From contig OZ251539.1 in NCBI GenBank assembly GCA_965243135.1, forward strand, positions 1,888,001-1,952,000: a DNA stretch of 64,000 nt, written 5' to 3'. Under the pieces are notes generated by a model. It had not been told where the DNA came from. It was given only the letters and a program-made list of their open reading frames with translations, and ran no database searches. The stretch comes from Alphaproteobacteria bacterium. GTDB taxonomy: Bacteria; Pseudomonadota; Alphaproteobacteria; MPNO01; UBA830. Every line of letters begins with the position of its first letter. Within the stretch, counting starts at the first letter, position 1. A program made the translations under genes and the position numbers. Positions 31,182 to 42,832 of this stretch are shown piece after piece.

Positions 31182-32303
31182 TCACGCCGCCGCTACGGCG
31201 CGCCTTTCCGGAACCAGCAGGGCAAAGACCCCGGCGAGCGCGGCAAGCGCGACCGCGATCCACCAAAGTCCGTCGTATCTCGCGGTCAGATCGAAGATCC
31301 ATCCGCCGAGCAAGACCCCTGTCGCCGCGCCCAGGGAATGGCCGCCGAACAGCAGCCCGAGCGTGAGGCCCATAACTCGCAAGCCGATATGCGTCGCGAC
31401 GATGTTGGCGATCACCGGGAAGGTGGCGAAGTTGAGAACGCCGAAGAGGGCCGCGAAGAGAAACAGGACGGAGATGTCGGCCGCGACGAACAGCAGCACG
31501 ACGAAGGCCAGGGCGCGGCCGAAGAACATGCTCGCCAGCAGTCGCGGGCGATGGACATGGTCCGCCATCCACGAAAACAGGACGACGCCGGCGAGATTGC
31601 CGATCCCGTGAGCCCCGTAGGCGGCGGAGCCCTCGACGAGGGTGAAGCCGCAGGTCAGGGCGTAGGGAATGAAGTACACGTCGATTATCCCGGCCGTCGT
31701 GAAGCCGCACAGCGCGAAGGCGGCGAGCAGCAGCAGAAAGGTCCGTTCCCGAAACAGGGACTTCAGGCGGTCGGACAGGGAACCGTCGCCTGCCGCCGCG
31801 GCGGCGGGCGGCGGCGGGTTTTCCGGCGACGGCCTGAAACGAAGGAGAACCAGCAGGGAGAGCGCCGCCATCGCGGCGCCCAGGATCAGATAAGAAGTCC
31901 GCCAGCCGAGCGACGCGATCATGACGCCCAGAAGCGACAGGACAGGAAGCTGTCCTCCGGACGCGCCCGAAACGGCGAGGCCGATCGCCAGTCCGCGCCC
32001 GCGAACGAAGTAGCGGGAAACCGCGGCCGTGACCAGCGGCAGCGAGACGGCCGCCCAGCCGGCTCCGCCCACGAGTCCGAACAGAAGGTAGTAGTGAAGC
32101 GGTTCCGCGGCGAAGGCGGTGCCGCCGATGCCGGCAGCGAGGGCGATCAGTCCCGCGGCGAATATCGGCTGCGCCCCGTAGCGGTCCCTGCCCGCCACCG
32201 GCGACCCGACGGCCATCATGACCAGAACCAGGGAGGCGCCCGCCGACGATTGCGCTCCCGTCCACCCGAGTTCCGACTGCCAGAACGGGAGAACCATGCT
32301 CAC
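31182..32303 (-). pseudogene. MFS transporter, most complete copy; 5' end frameshifted
   Basis: 373-aa hydrophobic open frame (DRYGAQ, RGRGLAIGLAVSGASGGQL, LCGFTT, GHSLGAATG); upstream TM1 is out of frame. Confidence 0.75.
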
Positions 32304-32918
32304 GGACGACCGCGCGCCGAAAGTGAAGGCCAGCGCGACGAAGCAGACGACGGCCGGCGCGCGTCTCGTCGGTCACCGGAGTCGCGCTCCTGCGCCGCGT
32401 CGCCCGGCGAAACGCCGGAAATCCGCCCCGGCGCCGGCCGCGAAGCGGCGCGCCGCCGAAAAGGGACGGCCGCAACTCCGGAAGAGCCGCGTCACCGCGC
32501 AGCATGGCGACCAGCACTTTGTTGGCTGCCTCAACCACGCCTGACGGCGTAGCCTCCGACCTTCAGGATCGCGTAGCGCATGCGACGCCGGTCCTTCCGT
32601 TCACGCGGCCTCCCCATTTCCGGCAGACGTAAAGCGGCCAGATGAAAATCGTCGGTGAGACGCGAAGGTGAACGGCGAAAGGCAGATCTCGTCGACGTCG
32701 AGTTCCTCCCGAAGCTCCCGGGCCCGGCGTCCCTCCGCCGCCGGCCGCCGGGGAATTCCCCCGCTCCGCCCTCCGGCCGCCGCGACGGCGAAAACGACCG
32801 GCTCTCCAGCCCTGCGGCGCGGAACCCGGAGACGCGCCCGGCCCGCGAAGCCTGCAGGGAGACGCCGCCGGCCCCGAAGCGGCGTTCTTTCGCGGAGGCG
32901 GCCGTGACGGGAAGCCGT

Positions 32919-34425
32919 TCAGGCGGGCTCGCAGCCGACGACGTTGCGCTCCTCGCGGCTGAACTCCACCAGGTGGACCGAACGTCCGAGACGGCGGTAC
33001 TTGTCCGCGTAGCCCTTCTCCCGCAACTGCGCGAGCGCGACCCCCTCCCGTCCGCGCTCCACCACCTTGAACTCGAACAGGTAGACGCGCCCGCCGGCGC
33101 GGATCGCCATGTCGGCGCGCCCCCGGCTGCCGCTGTCCTCGGCCACCGGCTCGAAGCCCTCCATCAGGAAGCAGCTGTGGATGACGCTCGCGTAGTGGGC
33201 CTCGTACACCGGGCTGTTCATGTACCACTGGTGCGGGGCGAAGACGCCGCGGAACAGGGTCCCGATGCGTTCGAAGTCGTTCGCCTCCAGCAGTTCGCCC
33301 AGCCGCAGGCGCCCCGTCTTCTTGCGGGCCTCGACCGGGAGCAGTTCTCCCAGCAAGGCCTCGCCCAGGCTCTGGCGCACCTCGAGGTTCGGGTAGTCCA
33401 GCCGGTAGTGCCTGTCCTCCTCGCCGACGATGGTGAGGTAGCCGGTCTGGAACAGAAGCGCCTCGACCGAGATATTGTCCACGTCGAAGGTCGAGAGCAG
33501 GCTCTCGCTGCCGATCATGCCGTCCAGGTCGGGAGTGGGCAGGTCGCGGCGCGCCAGCGTCTCGACCAGGAAGGTCGGCGTGCCGCTATGGAACCAGTAG
33601 TTGCCGAACTTGCGTTTGTCGAACAGCAGCAGGAGGCCGAACGGGTTGTAGACCCTCTCCGGTCCGAGCCAGTTGTAGCCGTTGTACCAGCGCCGGATTT
33701 CGTCCCGGTCCAGGCCCTCGAGTTCCGGGGAGAAGACCGCGTCCAGTTCCGCGTCCGTGCAACCGCAGATGGCGCCGTAGCGCTCGTCCAGCGTGATGTC
33801 GTTCAGGTTGTTCAGGCCCGAGAACAGGCCCGCCTTCGAGAATTTGCTCACTCCCGTCAGGAAAACGAAACGGAGATGCTCGTCGCAGTCCTTGATAACC
33901 CCGTACAGGCTGCGCAGGAAGTCGCGGTTGGCCCGCGCCAGCTCCCGGTCGCCGAGCGCGTCCAGGATCGGCTTGTCGTATTCGTCCACCAGAACCACCG
34001 CCCGCTGCCCGGTGCGTTCGTGCAGGTCCGCGATCAGTTCCCGGAAGCGGACCGAAACTCTGGCGCCGCCCGGCGCCGGCCCGCCTCTCCGCCGCCCTCA
34101 GTTGCGATTCCGTTTCTTCCCGAACTCCGTCCGGGTCGCCGAAATCGCCCCCGCCGAAGCTGATCCGCACGACCGGATGGCGTATCGACCAGTCCCACCT
34201 GCCGTGCACGGCGAGGCCCCGGAACAACTCCTCGCTTCCCTCGAACAGCTTCTGCAGCGTGTCCACCAGGAGGGTCTTGCCGAACCGGCGCGGACGCGAC
34301 AGGAAATAGTACTTGCCCCTCTCGACGAGGCGGCGCACATGGTCCGTCTTGTCGACGTAGTAGCAGTTCATCCTCCGGATCTCCCGGAGGGAGGAAAAGC
34401 CGATCGGAAGCATGCGTTGCGTCAT
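32919..34425 (-). pseudogene. ATPase-nuclease copy 7, frameshifted (duplicate of copy 4)
   Basis: Same 5-nt deletion near 34073 and the same 6-nt deletions. Confidence 0.88.
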
Positions 34426-35149
34426 TCGAAGAGGGTAGGCCGCCGCGCCGGAGCCGTCAAGAAGTCGGCGGCGGCAGGCCTGTCCGCGTCCCCTGGCGCG
34501 GCAAGCAGCCGGCAGTTTCCGCTGCGGCACGGCGGGGAAAAGCGCGGGGACGAGCGAACCTGTCGCTCCGCGGAAATCCTGCCCCGCTGAGACGAGCGCG
34601 TTCGACGCGCGGCCTGGAGGCAGCGGGCGGAAGCGAACGCCGACGGCTGGCGCCGCCAGCAAAGGCGACGCGCGTCGACAACGATCTCGGCACCGGATTC
34701 GCGAACCTCGACGGCAAGGTCGACGCCCTCGCCGCGGAAACCAGGGCCGACGCAACGCGACGGCAAGCGCCCTCGCCAGGGAAAGCCGCGCGCCTCGAAA
34801 CCACGACGATTGCCGCGGCAGGCCTCGCCGCCATACTTGCAGTTGGTCCGCCGCACCCGCGCGCGCGACGACATGCGAGTCCCGGCGGCTACATGCACAG
34901 GCATGGCAGCGCCGCACCCGCGCGCGCGACGACATGCGCCGCAAGCGGCGAAACGCCTGAACGTCAGGCAACGGTTCCGTCGAACGAGAGCGTCGTCCGG
35001 TCGAGCGAGCGGACTTCCGCCGCCGAAAACCATGGGCTCGTTCGAAACCGTCAACCGAAGCGGCTCGCGAAACCGGAAACGGTGACGGCAGGCGTTGGCC
35101 TCCGTTTTTGAACTCCTGACCTCTCCGCAACATCAAAACGGTCGGTCAG

Positions 35150-35321
35150 CAGCAATTCCCGCTAAGGCGGCCGCATGTCCGGAAGGTGCGCCGAGAAGGC
35201 GAAATCACCAAGGGACAAGCCGCCGCGACAAATCCCTCAGGCAAATCGCACTACCCGGAAAAATCTACGAAAAATTTTTCTGAAACCCCATATTTTCCAA
35301 GGGCCATAGCGGGAATTGCCG
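35150..35321. mobile_element. 172-bp MITE copy with 9-bp target duplication
   Basis: Duplicate of 25022-25193. Confidence 0.85.
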
Positions 35322-35688
35322 GTCGGTCAGCCACCATGCGCGTTGCGCTTCAAACTTGAAGGGGCGCTCCTCGACGTCGAGTTCCTCCCTGAGCTCCCGG
35401 GCCCGGCGTCTCTCCACCGCCGGCCATCGGGGAATTCCTTGCCCTGCGGCCGCAGCCACGACGAGAACGACCGGCTCTCCAGCCCTGCGGCGCGGAACCC
35501 GGAGACGCGCCCGACCCGCGAAGCCTGCCGGCGCGCGAGCGCCTGCAGGGAGACGCCGCCGGCCCCGAGGCGGCCTCCTCGGCCGGGCGGCCCGTCAAGC
35601 CGTGCGACGAACCGGCGGAACCGGCTGCCGCCGCGGGCCGAACCCGCGTCGGCGTTCTTTCGCGGAGGCGGTCGTGACGGGAAGCCGT

Positions 35689-36187
35689 TCAGGCGGGCTC
35701 GCAGCCGACGACGTTGCGCTCCTCGCGGCTGAACTCCACCAGGTGGACCGAACGTCCGAGACGGCGGTACTTGTCCGCGTAGCCCTTCTCCCGCAGCTGC
35801 GCGAGCGCGCCCCCCTCCCGTCCGCGCTCCACCACCTTGAACTCGAACAGGTAGACGCGCCCGCCGGCGCGGACCGCCATGTCGGCGCGCCCCCGGCTGC
35901 CGCTGTCCTCGGCCACCGGCTCAAGGCCCTCCAAGCAGCTGGACGCTCGCGTAGTGGGCCTCGTACACCGGGCTGTTCATGTACCACTGGTGCGCGGCGA
36001 AGACGCCGCGGAAACAGGGTGCGTTCGAAGTCGTTCGCCGCCAGCAGTTCGCCCAGCCGCAGGCACCCCGTCTTCTTGCGAGCCTCGACCGGGAGCAGTT
36101 CTTCCAGCAAGGCCTCGCCCAGGCTCCGGCGCACCTCGAGGTTCGGGTAGCCCAGCCTGTAGCGTCCGTCCTCCTCGCCGGGGATGG
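35689..36187 (-). pseudogene. ATPase-nuclease copy 8, decayed 3' fragment
   Basis: Duplicate of 25561-26059. Confidence 0.85.
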
Positions 36188-36980
36188 GTAGAGTCGAGGA
36201 CTGGCGCGTTAGCTTTAGGGTCCGGGTTCCGTCGCTTTCGCTCCGGGCCTCAGTCCGGCTCCCGTGGCCATGTTTCCAGTCCCCGCTCTCCGAACCGGAC
36301 GTGCGGATTTCCCGCGCCTCCAGCCCTCGCCCACGGATGAATTGGTAGCGTTCCCAGAACGGCCGGTCTTCCGGACCCGGGAGTTGCACCGTCTCCCATT
36401 TCCGTCTGTTTTCCGCTGTCCAACCCGTCGCCGAGCCTGTTTACGCCTCGGCAACCCCAGCCTCTCGACCGGGTTCCTTCGCTTGTAACGCTTCCGGGAT
36501 CTCTGACATGTAGTCGGTTGTTAGGCATAGCCCCTTCTCCCTTGCGGCCCCTTTCCTCGCGCCCCTTTCCTCCGCCGGCGTTACCCGGCTTCTCCGGTAC
36601 TACGGGCCTCTCCGCCACCCGCCGGCCTGCCCCTCGCGGGGTTCCGGTTGACTCGTGCGCGTCACCGACAGGGCTTCCCGTGTTGCTGCTTCCTTCATTT
36701 TCCATGCGTGCCGACCCCCGGCGGAAACGGTCGGTGCTCTTGTCGTTCTCTTCCCGACCGTCGGCGGCTTTCCCCTAGGAGGGTCAGCTTCCGCGTTAAC
36801 CGTTTCGAGGCCTGGTTCACTCGCGTTTCGGCCCGCATGTTCGCTGAGCGGCCTTCGCCGCCCTTTTTGCCAGAGTGCTTCAGCCTACGCTCCGTAAACC
36901 GCCCTGGCCGCTACCAACCGGAACGACAGTTGTTGGGCGGGATTCACACCACCAGAAGAAAGCGCCTTTTCACGGTGCAC
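36188..36980 (-). mobile_element. ORF-less group II intron, decayed, with non-cognate 5' flank
   Basis: 5' GTGCACCGTGAAAAGGCGC at 36980, 3' CTCGACTCTAC at 36188; EBS1 loop deleted. Confidence 0.8.
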
Positions 36981-37618
36981 CAAAACATCGGTCTATAGAT
37001 TGTATTTTCCGACATTATGTCACGTCATCGCGCGCTTGAACAGCAAAAGGAGCAAGCAAGAAGCGACCGGTCCCGACCTTTCAGGCATGACCTGACCCGG
37101 CTGCTCGCCGAGGTTCGGCTTCGCGCGCGGCCGGCAAGGCTGTCGCCGAGCTGCGGCGGCCCGCGCTCTGCGCGTAGGCGCGGTCGGGCCACGCCGGTTC
37201 GCTGCGCAGGACAAACGGCGGACGTCGACCCGGCACCGGGGAAGAGGGGGATTTTTCGCTGCGGCGGGGGCGTTCGCCTCCGCCGCCCCGGCGCCTTGAC
37301 TCACCGGCCAACCCATCCCCATACTGCCTTGACGCTGCCGACCGTCGGCGTTGCGTTTCGGAGTTGATTGGGGCTTCCGAAAGAAACCAAGGCGCACGAA
37401 AACCGCGGCAGCCGACTCCCGCCAACGCGCGCGAAATAGCGGCGCTGGGCCATCCGAGCGAACGCGGCTGACGGCGGGACTGAACGCGCGCGCGGGAGCG
37501 CTGGCCTGCAAGGCCGTCGCGGACGCGCCGAACTGCGCCTTCACCCAGGACGCCATCGGCGTCTGACGTCGCAATGCCGCATGCCTTGCAGGCGATCGCC
37601 GAAAACGGAGAACGGGAA

Positions 37619-38086
37619 ATGCTGACTCTTCGCAAATCGAACCAAATCGTCGACGCGATTCTTGCCAAAGCCCGAGAGATGGACCTCCGGCCCCTGTGCG
37701 TCGTGGTCACGGATATCGGCGCAAAGATCAAATCGGCGCAGCGCGAAGACGGGTGTTCCCAGGCGCGGATCGAAATGGCGCTGGGCAAGGCGGTGGCCGC
37801 GCTGGCGCTCGGACGCTCTTCGGCCCTGGTTCGAGAGCGCCGCGAGCGAAGGCCGGAATTCGTCGCGCAGGTCCAGCAGTTCGTGGGCGAGCAGAAGATG
37901 TTCATGGAAGGAGGAGGCGAACTTATTCGCGACGTGGCGGGCAATATTCTCGGCGCAGTCTCCGTGACCGGCGCGACGCAGGCCGACGACGAGGAACTGG
38001 CTCTCCACGGCATTCGCTTCGCCGGCTTCAGGACCGACCGCGACCTCGCCCATCTTGGATCGATAGTTCGAACCACCGACCCCTGA
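37619..38086 (+). CDS. GlcG/HbpS-like heme-binding protein
   Basis: MLTLRKSNQIVDAILAKAREMDLRPLCVVVTD..QREDG..MALGKA..GGGELIRD..ILGAVSVTG..DDEELALHGI. Confidence 0.82.
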   Translation: MLTLRKSNQIVDAILAKAREMDLRPLCVVVTDIGAKIKSAQREDGCSQARIEMALGKAVAALALGRSSALVRERRERRPEFVAQVQQFVGEQKMFMEGGGELIRDVAGNILGAVSVTGATQADDEELALHGIRFAGFRTDRDLAHLGSIVRTTDP

Positions 38087-38168
38087 CACCGCGCGCTTCG
38101 CCGGCGCGAGCCGCTGTCCGAACGGGCGGCCCTTCCGCCGCCGTCTCCGGCGGCCTTACGGAGCCCCC

Positions 38169-39389
38169 ATGATTCGAACCGTAACGAAGAATCCGTATTT
38201 CGCGCTGTTTTGCGCCATCGGCATCGTCTTCCTCGCCTACGGAAGCCGTCAGAGCTTCGGCATCTACCTGCGCCCGATCACGACGGAAATGGGGTGGGGA
38301 CGGGAAAGCCTGTCGCTGGTGTTCGGAACCCAGGCGCTGATATACGGCCTGTCCGCCCCGTTCGTCGGTGCGGTGGCCGACAAGTGGGGTTCCGTCCGGG
38401 TATTGACGGCGGCGGGCGCCATGTATTCGCTGGGAATCCTGTTGATGTCCCAGTCGGTCACGCCCACGGGCATGCTGTTGAGCGCGGGGCTGCTGGGCGG
38501 AATGGGATCGGCCGGTTGCGCGCTTTCCCTGGTGCTGGCCGTCGCGAGCCGGGTGGCGCCGGAGAACAAGCGCAGCCTGTGGCTCGGCATCATCACCTCC
38601 GGAGGAACCGGCGGCCAGCTCGTTCTGGTGCCAGCCGGCCAACTCGTGATGAACGAGCACGGCTGGGTCGTCGCGCTGATCGCGCTCGGACTGTTCGTGC
38701 TGACGATCGTGCCGCTCGGACTGCTGATGCGACTGTCGGCCGGCGAAGCGATGACCGGAAGGAAGGGCGGCCAAGGACTGATCGAGGCGCTGCGCGAAGC
38801 GAGCGGCCACCGGGGGTTCTGGCTTCTCGTGCTGGGCTTCTTCACCTGCGGGTTTCAGGTGCAGTACATCAACAACCATCTGCCGGCGTACCTGCAAGAC
38901 ATGAACCTCGACCCCATCGTCGGCGCGACCGCGATTTCCGTGATCGGCCTGTTCAACATGATCGGCACGTGGATTTCGGGATGGCTCGGCGACCGCTATC
39001 GCAAGAAATACCTGCTTGCGATGCTTTATTTCGGGCGGTCGCTGATATTCCTGATCTTCATTCTGGCGCCGATTTCGGAATGGTCGGTTTACCTCTTCGC
39101 GGCCGGCGTCGGCCTGCTCTGGCTCGCGACCGTTCCGCTGACCTCGGGCATCGTATTCGGCATGTTCGGGCCCCGATACATGGCAACGCTTTACGGCATC
39201 GTGTTCCTCAGTCACCAGATCGGCAGTTTCACCAGCGTCTGGTTGGGCGGCAGAATTTGGGACATGACGGGATCCTACGAGCTCGCGTGGTGGATCGTGA
39301 TCGTCGGCGGCGCCCTCGCCTCCCTGCTCCACTGGCCGATCGACGACCGCCCGGTTTCGGAAGTGCTCGCGGACCGTCGGGCGGCGTAG
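38169..39389 (+). CDS. MFS transporter (intact)
   Basis: RQSFGIYLRPI, GAVADKWG, GFFTCGFQV, GLLWLATVPLTSG, FLSHQIGSF; ~12 hydrophobic segments. Confidence 0.92.
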   Translation: MIRTVTKNPYFALFCAIGIVFLAYGSRQSFGIYLRPITTEMGWGRESLSLVFGTQALIYGLSAPFVGAVADKWGSVRVLTAAGAMYSLGILLMSQSVTPTGMLLSAGLLGGMGSAGCALSLVLAVASRVAPENKRSLWLGIITSGGTGGQLVLVPAGQLVMNEHGWVVALIALGLFVLTIVPLGLLMRLSAGEAMTGRKGGQGLIEALREASGHRGFWLLVLGFFTCGFQVQYINNHLPAYLQDMNLDPIVGATAISVIGLFNMIGTWISGWLGDRYRKKYLLAMLYFGRSLIFLIFILAPISEWSVYLFAAGVGLLWLATVPLTSGIVFGMFGPRYMATLYGIVFLSHQIGSFTSVWLGGRIWDMTGSYELAWWIVIVGGALASLLHWPIDDRPVSEVLADRRAA

Positions 39390-39465
39390 GCCCCGGAAGC
39401 CGGCCGACCCGGGGAAAGACCGGGCGCGCTCCGCTCAAAGGCCCGGGAGCCCAAGGCTGGGAGAA

Positions 39466-39990
39466 TCAGCGCAAGAGTTTCCACCACGGAACCGCCAGCA
39501 CGCCGGGCGCGAGCCATTCCAGCGACTCGCCGGAATGAAGCAACAATCCAGTCCGAACGGCGGCGCCGTATTCCTCGCGAAACGCCCGGAGATGGCGCGC
39601 GTCGCCCAGACGCGGGCGAGCGATCACCTTGACCTCGACGAGGCTGTCGTCGGTCTCGACCACGAAGTCCACTTCTTCCCCGACAGTTGTTGTCCAACGA
39701 AGAATTTCCGCTCTTTTCAACCGCGAATCGCGCCACGCGAGCAGATCGTGAAGCACGAGATTCTCGAGATGCGCGACGCCGGGCTCGTTCCGGCCGGATA
39801 GATGCAGCGCCAACCCGGTCAGTAAAGCTTTGGCGACTTGATCAAGCGCTTCGCGCGATTCACGGAGTGGCAGGCAGCCGCACCAGGAGATAAGAGGCTT
39901 TCAACAGATACCGACGCACCGTGGGCTGCGGCACGTCGCGCTCCAGCTCGGTCTGGTTGACGATTTGGCCCTTCGCAAGGACGCCGCCCT
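39466..39990 (-). pseudogene. AAA_14/DUF4143-type ATPase-nuclease 3' remnant
   Basis: GQIVNQTELERD..PTVRRYL..SYLLVRLP, then LENLVLHDLLAW...EEVDFVVE...VEVK...PWWKLL; frameshifted. Confidence 0.7.
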
Positions 39991-40094
39991 CATCAGACGG
40001 CGAAAATCCGGGAGCGCCGCGCGAGCCCGAACAGAAGGCAGGCGGTTCCGCGGCGAAGGCGGCGCCGTCGGCAGCGAGGGCGCCCACGGCGACT

Positions 40095-40500
40095 CACGCC
40101 GCCGCCGCGGCGCGCCTTTCCGGCACCAGCAGGGCAAAGACCCCGGCGATCGCGGCAAGCGCGACCCACCACGGTCCGTCGTATCTCGCGGTCAGATCGA
40201 AGATCCCCGAGCAGGACCCCTGCCGCCGCGCCCAGGGAATGGCCGCCGAACAGCAGCCCGAGCGTGAGGCCCCGCAAGCCGCGTCGCGACGATGTTGGCG
40301 ATCACCGGGAAGGTGGCGAAGTTGAGAACGCCGAAGCGGGCCGCGAAGAGAAACAGGACGGAGGCCGCGACGAACGGCAGCGCGACGAAGGCCAGGGCGC
40401 GGCCGAAGAACATGCTCGCCAGCAGTCGCGGGCGATGGTCCGCCGAAAACAGGACGACGCCGGCCCGTGAACCCCGTAGGCGGCGAAGCCCTCGACGAGG
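40095..40500 (-). pseudogene. MFS transporter 3' remnant
   Basis: MFFGRALAFV...GVLNFATFPVIANIVAT, GHSLGAA, IFDLTARYDG. Confidence 0.8.
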
Positions 40501-40716
40501 GCCGCCGCGACGACGAGAACGGCCGGCTCTCCCGCCCTGCAGCGCGGCGCGGAACCCGAAGCGCCGCCCGGATCGAGAACACCGGGCGGAGCGCGAGCGC
40601 CTGCAGGGAGACGCCGCCGGACGCGGCCTCCTCGGCCGGGCGGCCCGTCAAGCCGCGCGACGAACCGGCGTCGCGGGCGGCGTTCTTTCGCGGAGGCGGC
40701 CGTGACGGGAAGCCGT

Positions 40717-42252
40717 TCAGGCGGTCTCGCAGTCGAACCCGACGACGTTGCGCTCCTCGCGGCTGAACTCCACCCCGATCAGGTGCACCGAACGACCGAG
40801 ACGGCGGTACTTGTCCGCGTAGCCCTTCTCCCGCAATTGCGCGAGCGCGACCCCCTCCCGCCCGCGCTCCACCACCTTGAACTCGAACAGGTAGACGCGC
40901 CCGCCGGCGCGGATCGCCATGTCGGCGCGCCCCCGGCTGCCGCTGTCCTCGGCCACCGGCTCGAGGCCCTCCATCAGGAAGCAGCTGTGGATGACGCTCG
41001 CGTAGTGGGCCTCGTACTTCGCGACGGGACTGTTCATGTACCACTGGTGCGGGATGGCGGCGAAAATGCCGCGGAACAGGGTTTCGAGACACTTGAAGTC
41101 GTTCGCCTCCAGCAATTCGCCCAGCCGCAGGTTCTCCGTCTCCTCGCGGGCCTCGTCCGGGAGCAGTTCTTCCAGCAAGGCCTCGCCCAGGCTCTGGCGC
41201 ACCTCGAGGTTCGGGTAGCCCAGCCGGTAGCGCCCGCCCTCTTCGCCGACGATGGTGAGATAGCCGGTCTGGAACAGAAGCGCCTCGACCGAGATCCTGT
41301 CCACGTCGAAGGCCGAGAGCAGGCTCTCGCTGCCGATCATGCCGTCCAGGCGGGGAGTGGGCAGGTTGCGGCGCGCCAGCGTCTCGACCAGAAAGGTCGG
41401 CGTGCCGCTATGGAACCAGTAGTTGCCGAACTTGCGTTTGTCGAACAGCAGCAGAAGGCCGAACGGGTTGTAGACCCTCTCCGGTCCGAGCCAGTTGTAG
41501 CCGTTGTACCAGCGGCGGACCTTCTCCCGGTCCAGGCCCTCGAGTTCCGGGGCGAAGACCGCGTCCAGTTCCGCGTCCGTGCAGCCGCAGATGGTGCCGT
41601 AGCGCTCGTCCAGCGTGATGTCGTTCAGGTTGTTCAGGCCCGAGAACAGGCCCGCCTTCGAGAATTTGCTCACCCCCGTCAGGAAAACGAAACGGAGCTG
41701 CTCGTCGCACTCCTTGATCATCGCGTAGAAGCCGCGCAGGAAATCGCGGTTGGCCAGCGCCAGCTCCCGGTCGCCGAGCGCGTCCAGGATCGGCTTGTCG
41801 TACTCGTCCACCAGAACGACCGTTCGCTGCCCGGTGCGTTCGTGCAGCGTCCTTATCAGGCGCCGGAAACGGACTGCCGCCCCGGCGGGCCCCGGTTCGA
41901 GGCCGGCCAGCCGCTCCGTTTCCTCCAACTGGTCTTCCACGTTTTCCCGAACGAGGTCCGGGGAGTCGAAATTGCCGCCGCCGAAGCTGATCCGCACGAC
42001 AGGATGGCGCGTCGACCAGTCCCACTTGCCGTGCACGGCGAGGCCCCGGAACAGCTCCTCGCTTCCCTCGAACAGCTTCTGCAGCGTGTCCACCAGCAGG
42101 GTCTTGCCGAAACGCCGCGGACGCGACAGGAAATAGTAATCGCCCTCTTCGACGAGGCGGCGCACATGGTCCGTCTTGTCGACGTAGTAGCAGTTCCTCG
42201 TCCGGATTTTCCGGAGGGAGGTCATGCCGATCGGAAGCACGCGTTTCGCCAT
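40717..42252 (-). CDS. AAA-ATPase-like + PD-(D/E)XK nuclease protein (copy 9, intact)
   Basis: Start MAKRVLPIGMTSLRKIRTRNC; variable block GGGNFDSPDLVRENVEDQLEET. Confidence 0.93.
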   Translation of the reverse strand: MAKRVLPIGMTSLRKIRTRNCYYVDKTDHVRRLVEEGDYYFLSRPRRFGKTLLVDTLQKLFEGSEELFRGLAVHGKWDWSTRHPVVRISFGGGNFDSPDLVRENVEDQLEETERLAGLEPGPAGAAVRFRRLIRTLHERTGQRTVVLVDEYDKPILDALGDRELALANRDFLRGFYAMIKECDEQLRFVFLTGVSKFSKAGLFSGLNNLNDITLDERYGTICGCTDAELDAVFAPELEGLDREKVRRWYNGYNWLGPERVYNPFGLLLLFDKRKFGNYWFHSGTPTFLVETLARRNLPTPRLDGMIGSESLLSAFDVDRISVEALLFQTGYLTIVGEEGGRYRLGYPNLEVRQSLGEALLEELLPDEAREETENLRLGELLEANDFKCLETLFRGIFAAIPHQWYMNSPVAKYEAHYASVIHSCFLMEGLEPVAEDSGSRGRADMAIRAGGRVYLFEFKVVERGREGVALAQLREKGYADKYRRLGRSVHLIGVEFSREERNVVGFDCETA

Positions 42253-42369
42253 CGGAAGAGAGTAGGCCGCCCCGTCGAAGCCGTCAAGAAGTCGGCGGCG
42301 GGGGTGAGCAGGCCATGAGCGTTTGGTACCGGACATATCGTCTGTTACTGACAGGTCTGCTCGAAGCCG

Positions 42370-42398
42370 TTGACACCGGGCGGCGGTGTCCCTAACCT
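42370..42398 (+). promoter_or_regulatory. Putative sigma70 promoter of the TIR operon
   Basis: TTGACA-N17-TAACCT; GGAGG RBS before ATG 42446. Confidence 0.6.
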
Positions 42399-42445
42399 TA
42401 TGCTTGAATTCTCTGGGGATGGCCCGAACGACGGAGGTGCCGAAC

Positions 42446-42829
42446 ATGGCCCAAAAGCGCGTGTTCATCAGCTTCGACTTTGACCACGACAAAAGCCTTC
42501 GCGGCGATCTGGTCGCCCAATCGGAACGCCCCGACTCGCCGTTCTCGATCATCGATTGCTCGGTCAGGGCACCTTACGACGAGAAGTGGCGGCAAAAAGT
42601 CCGAAGCATCATCCACAACGTCGACCTTACCATCGTCATCTGCGGAGCCCATACCGACATGGCCAAGGGGGTGGCCGCCGAGATCACCATCACCCGGAAG
42701 GAAGGCAAGCCCTACTTTCTGTTGCGGGGTCATGCCAACTGCACCAAGCCGGCGCAGGCGCTCGCGTCGGATGAGATTCACGCCTGGAACTGGCCGAACC
42801 TTCAAAAACTGATTTACTCCCTGGGATGA
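42446..42829 (+). CDS. Stand-alone TIR-like domain protein (MTH538/DUF1863, ThsB-like)
   Basis: KRVFISFDFDHD...DCSV...W...IVICGAHT..AKGVAAEI..KPYFLL; Glu at the position expected for the TIR catalytic residue. Confidence 0.8.
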   Translation: MAQKRVFISFDFDHDKSLRGDLVAQSERPDSPFSIIDCSVRAPYDEKWRQKVRSIIHNVDLTIVICGAHTDMAKGVAAEITITRKEGKPYFLLRGHANCTKPAQALASDEIHAWNWPNLQKLIYSLG

Positions 42830-42832
42830 CGT

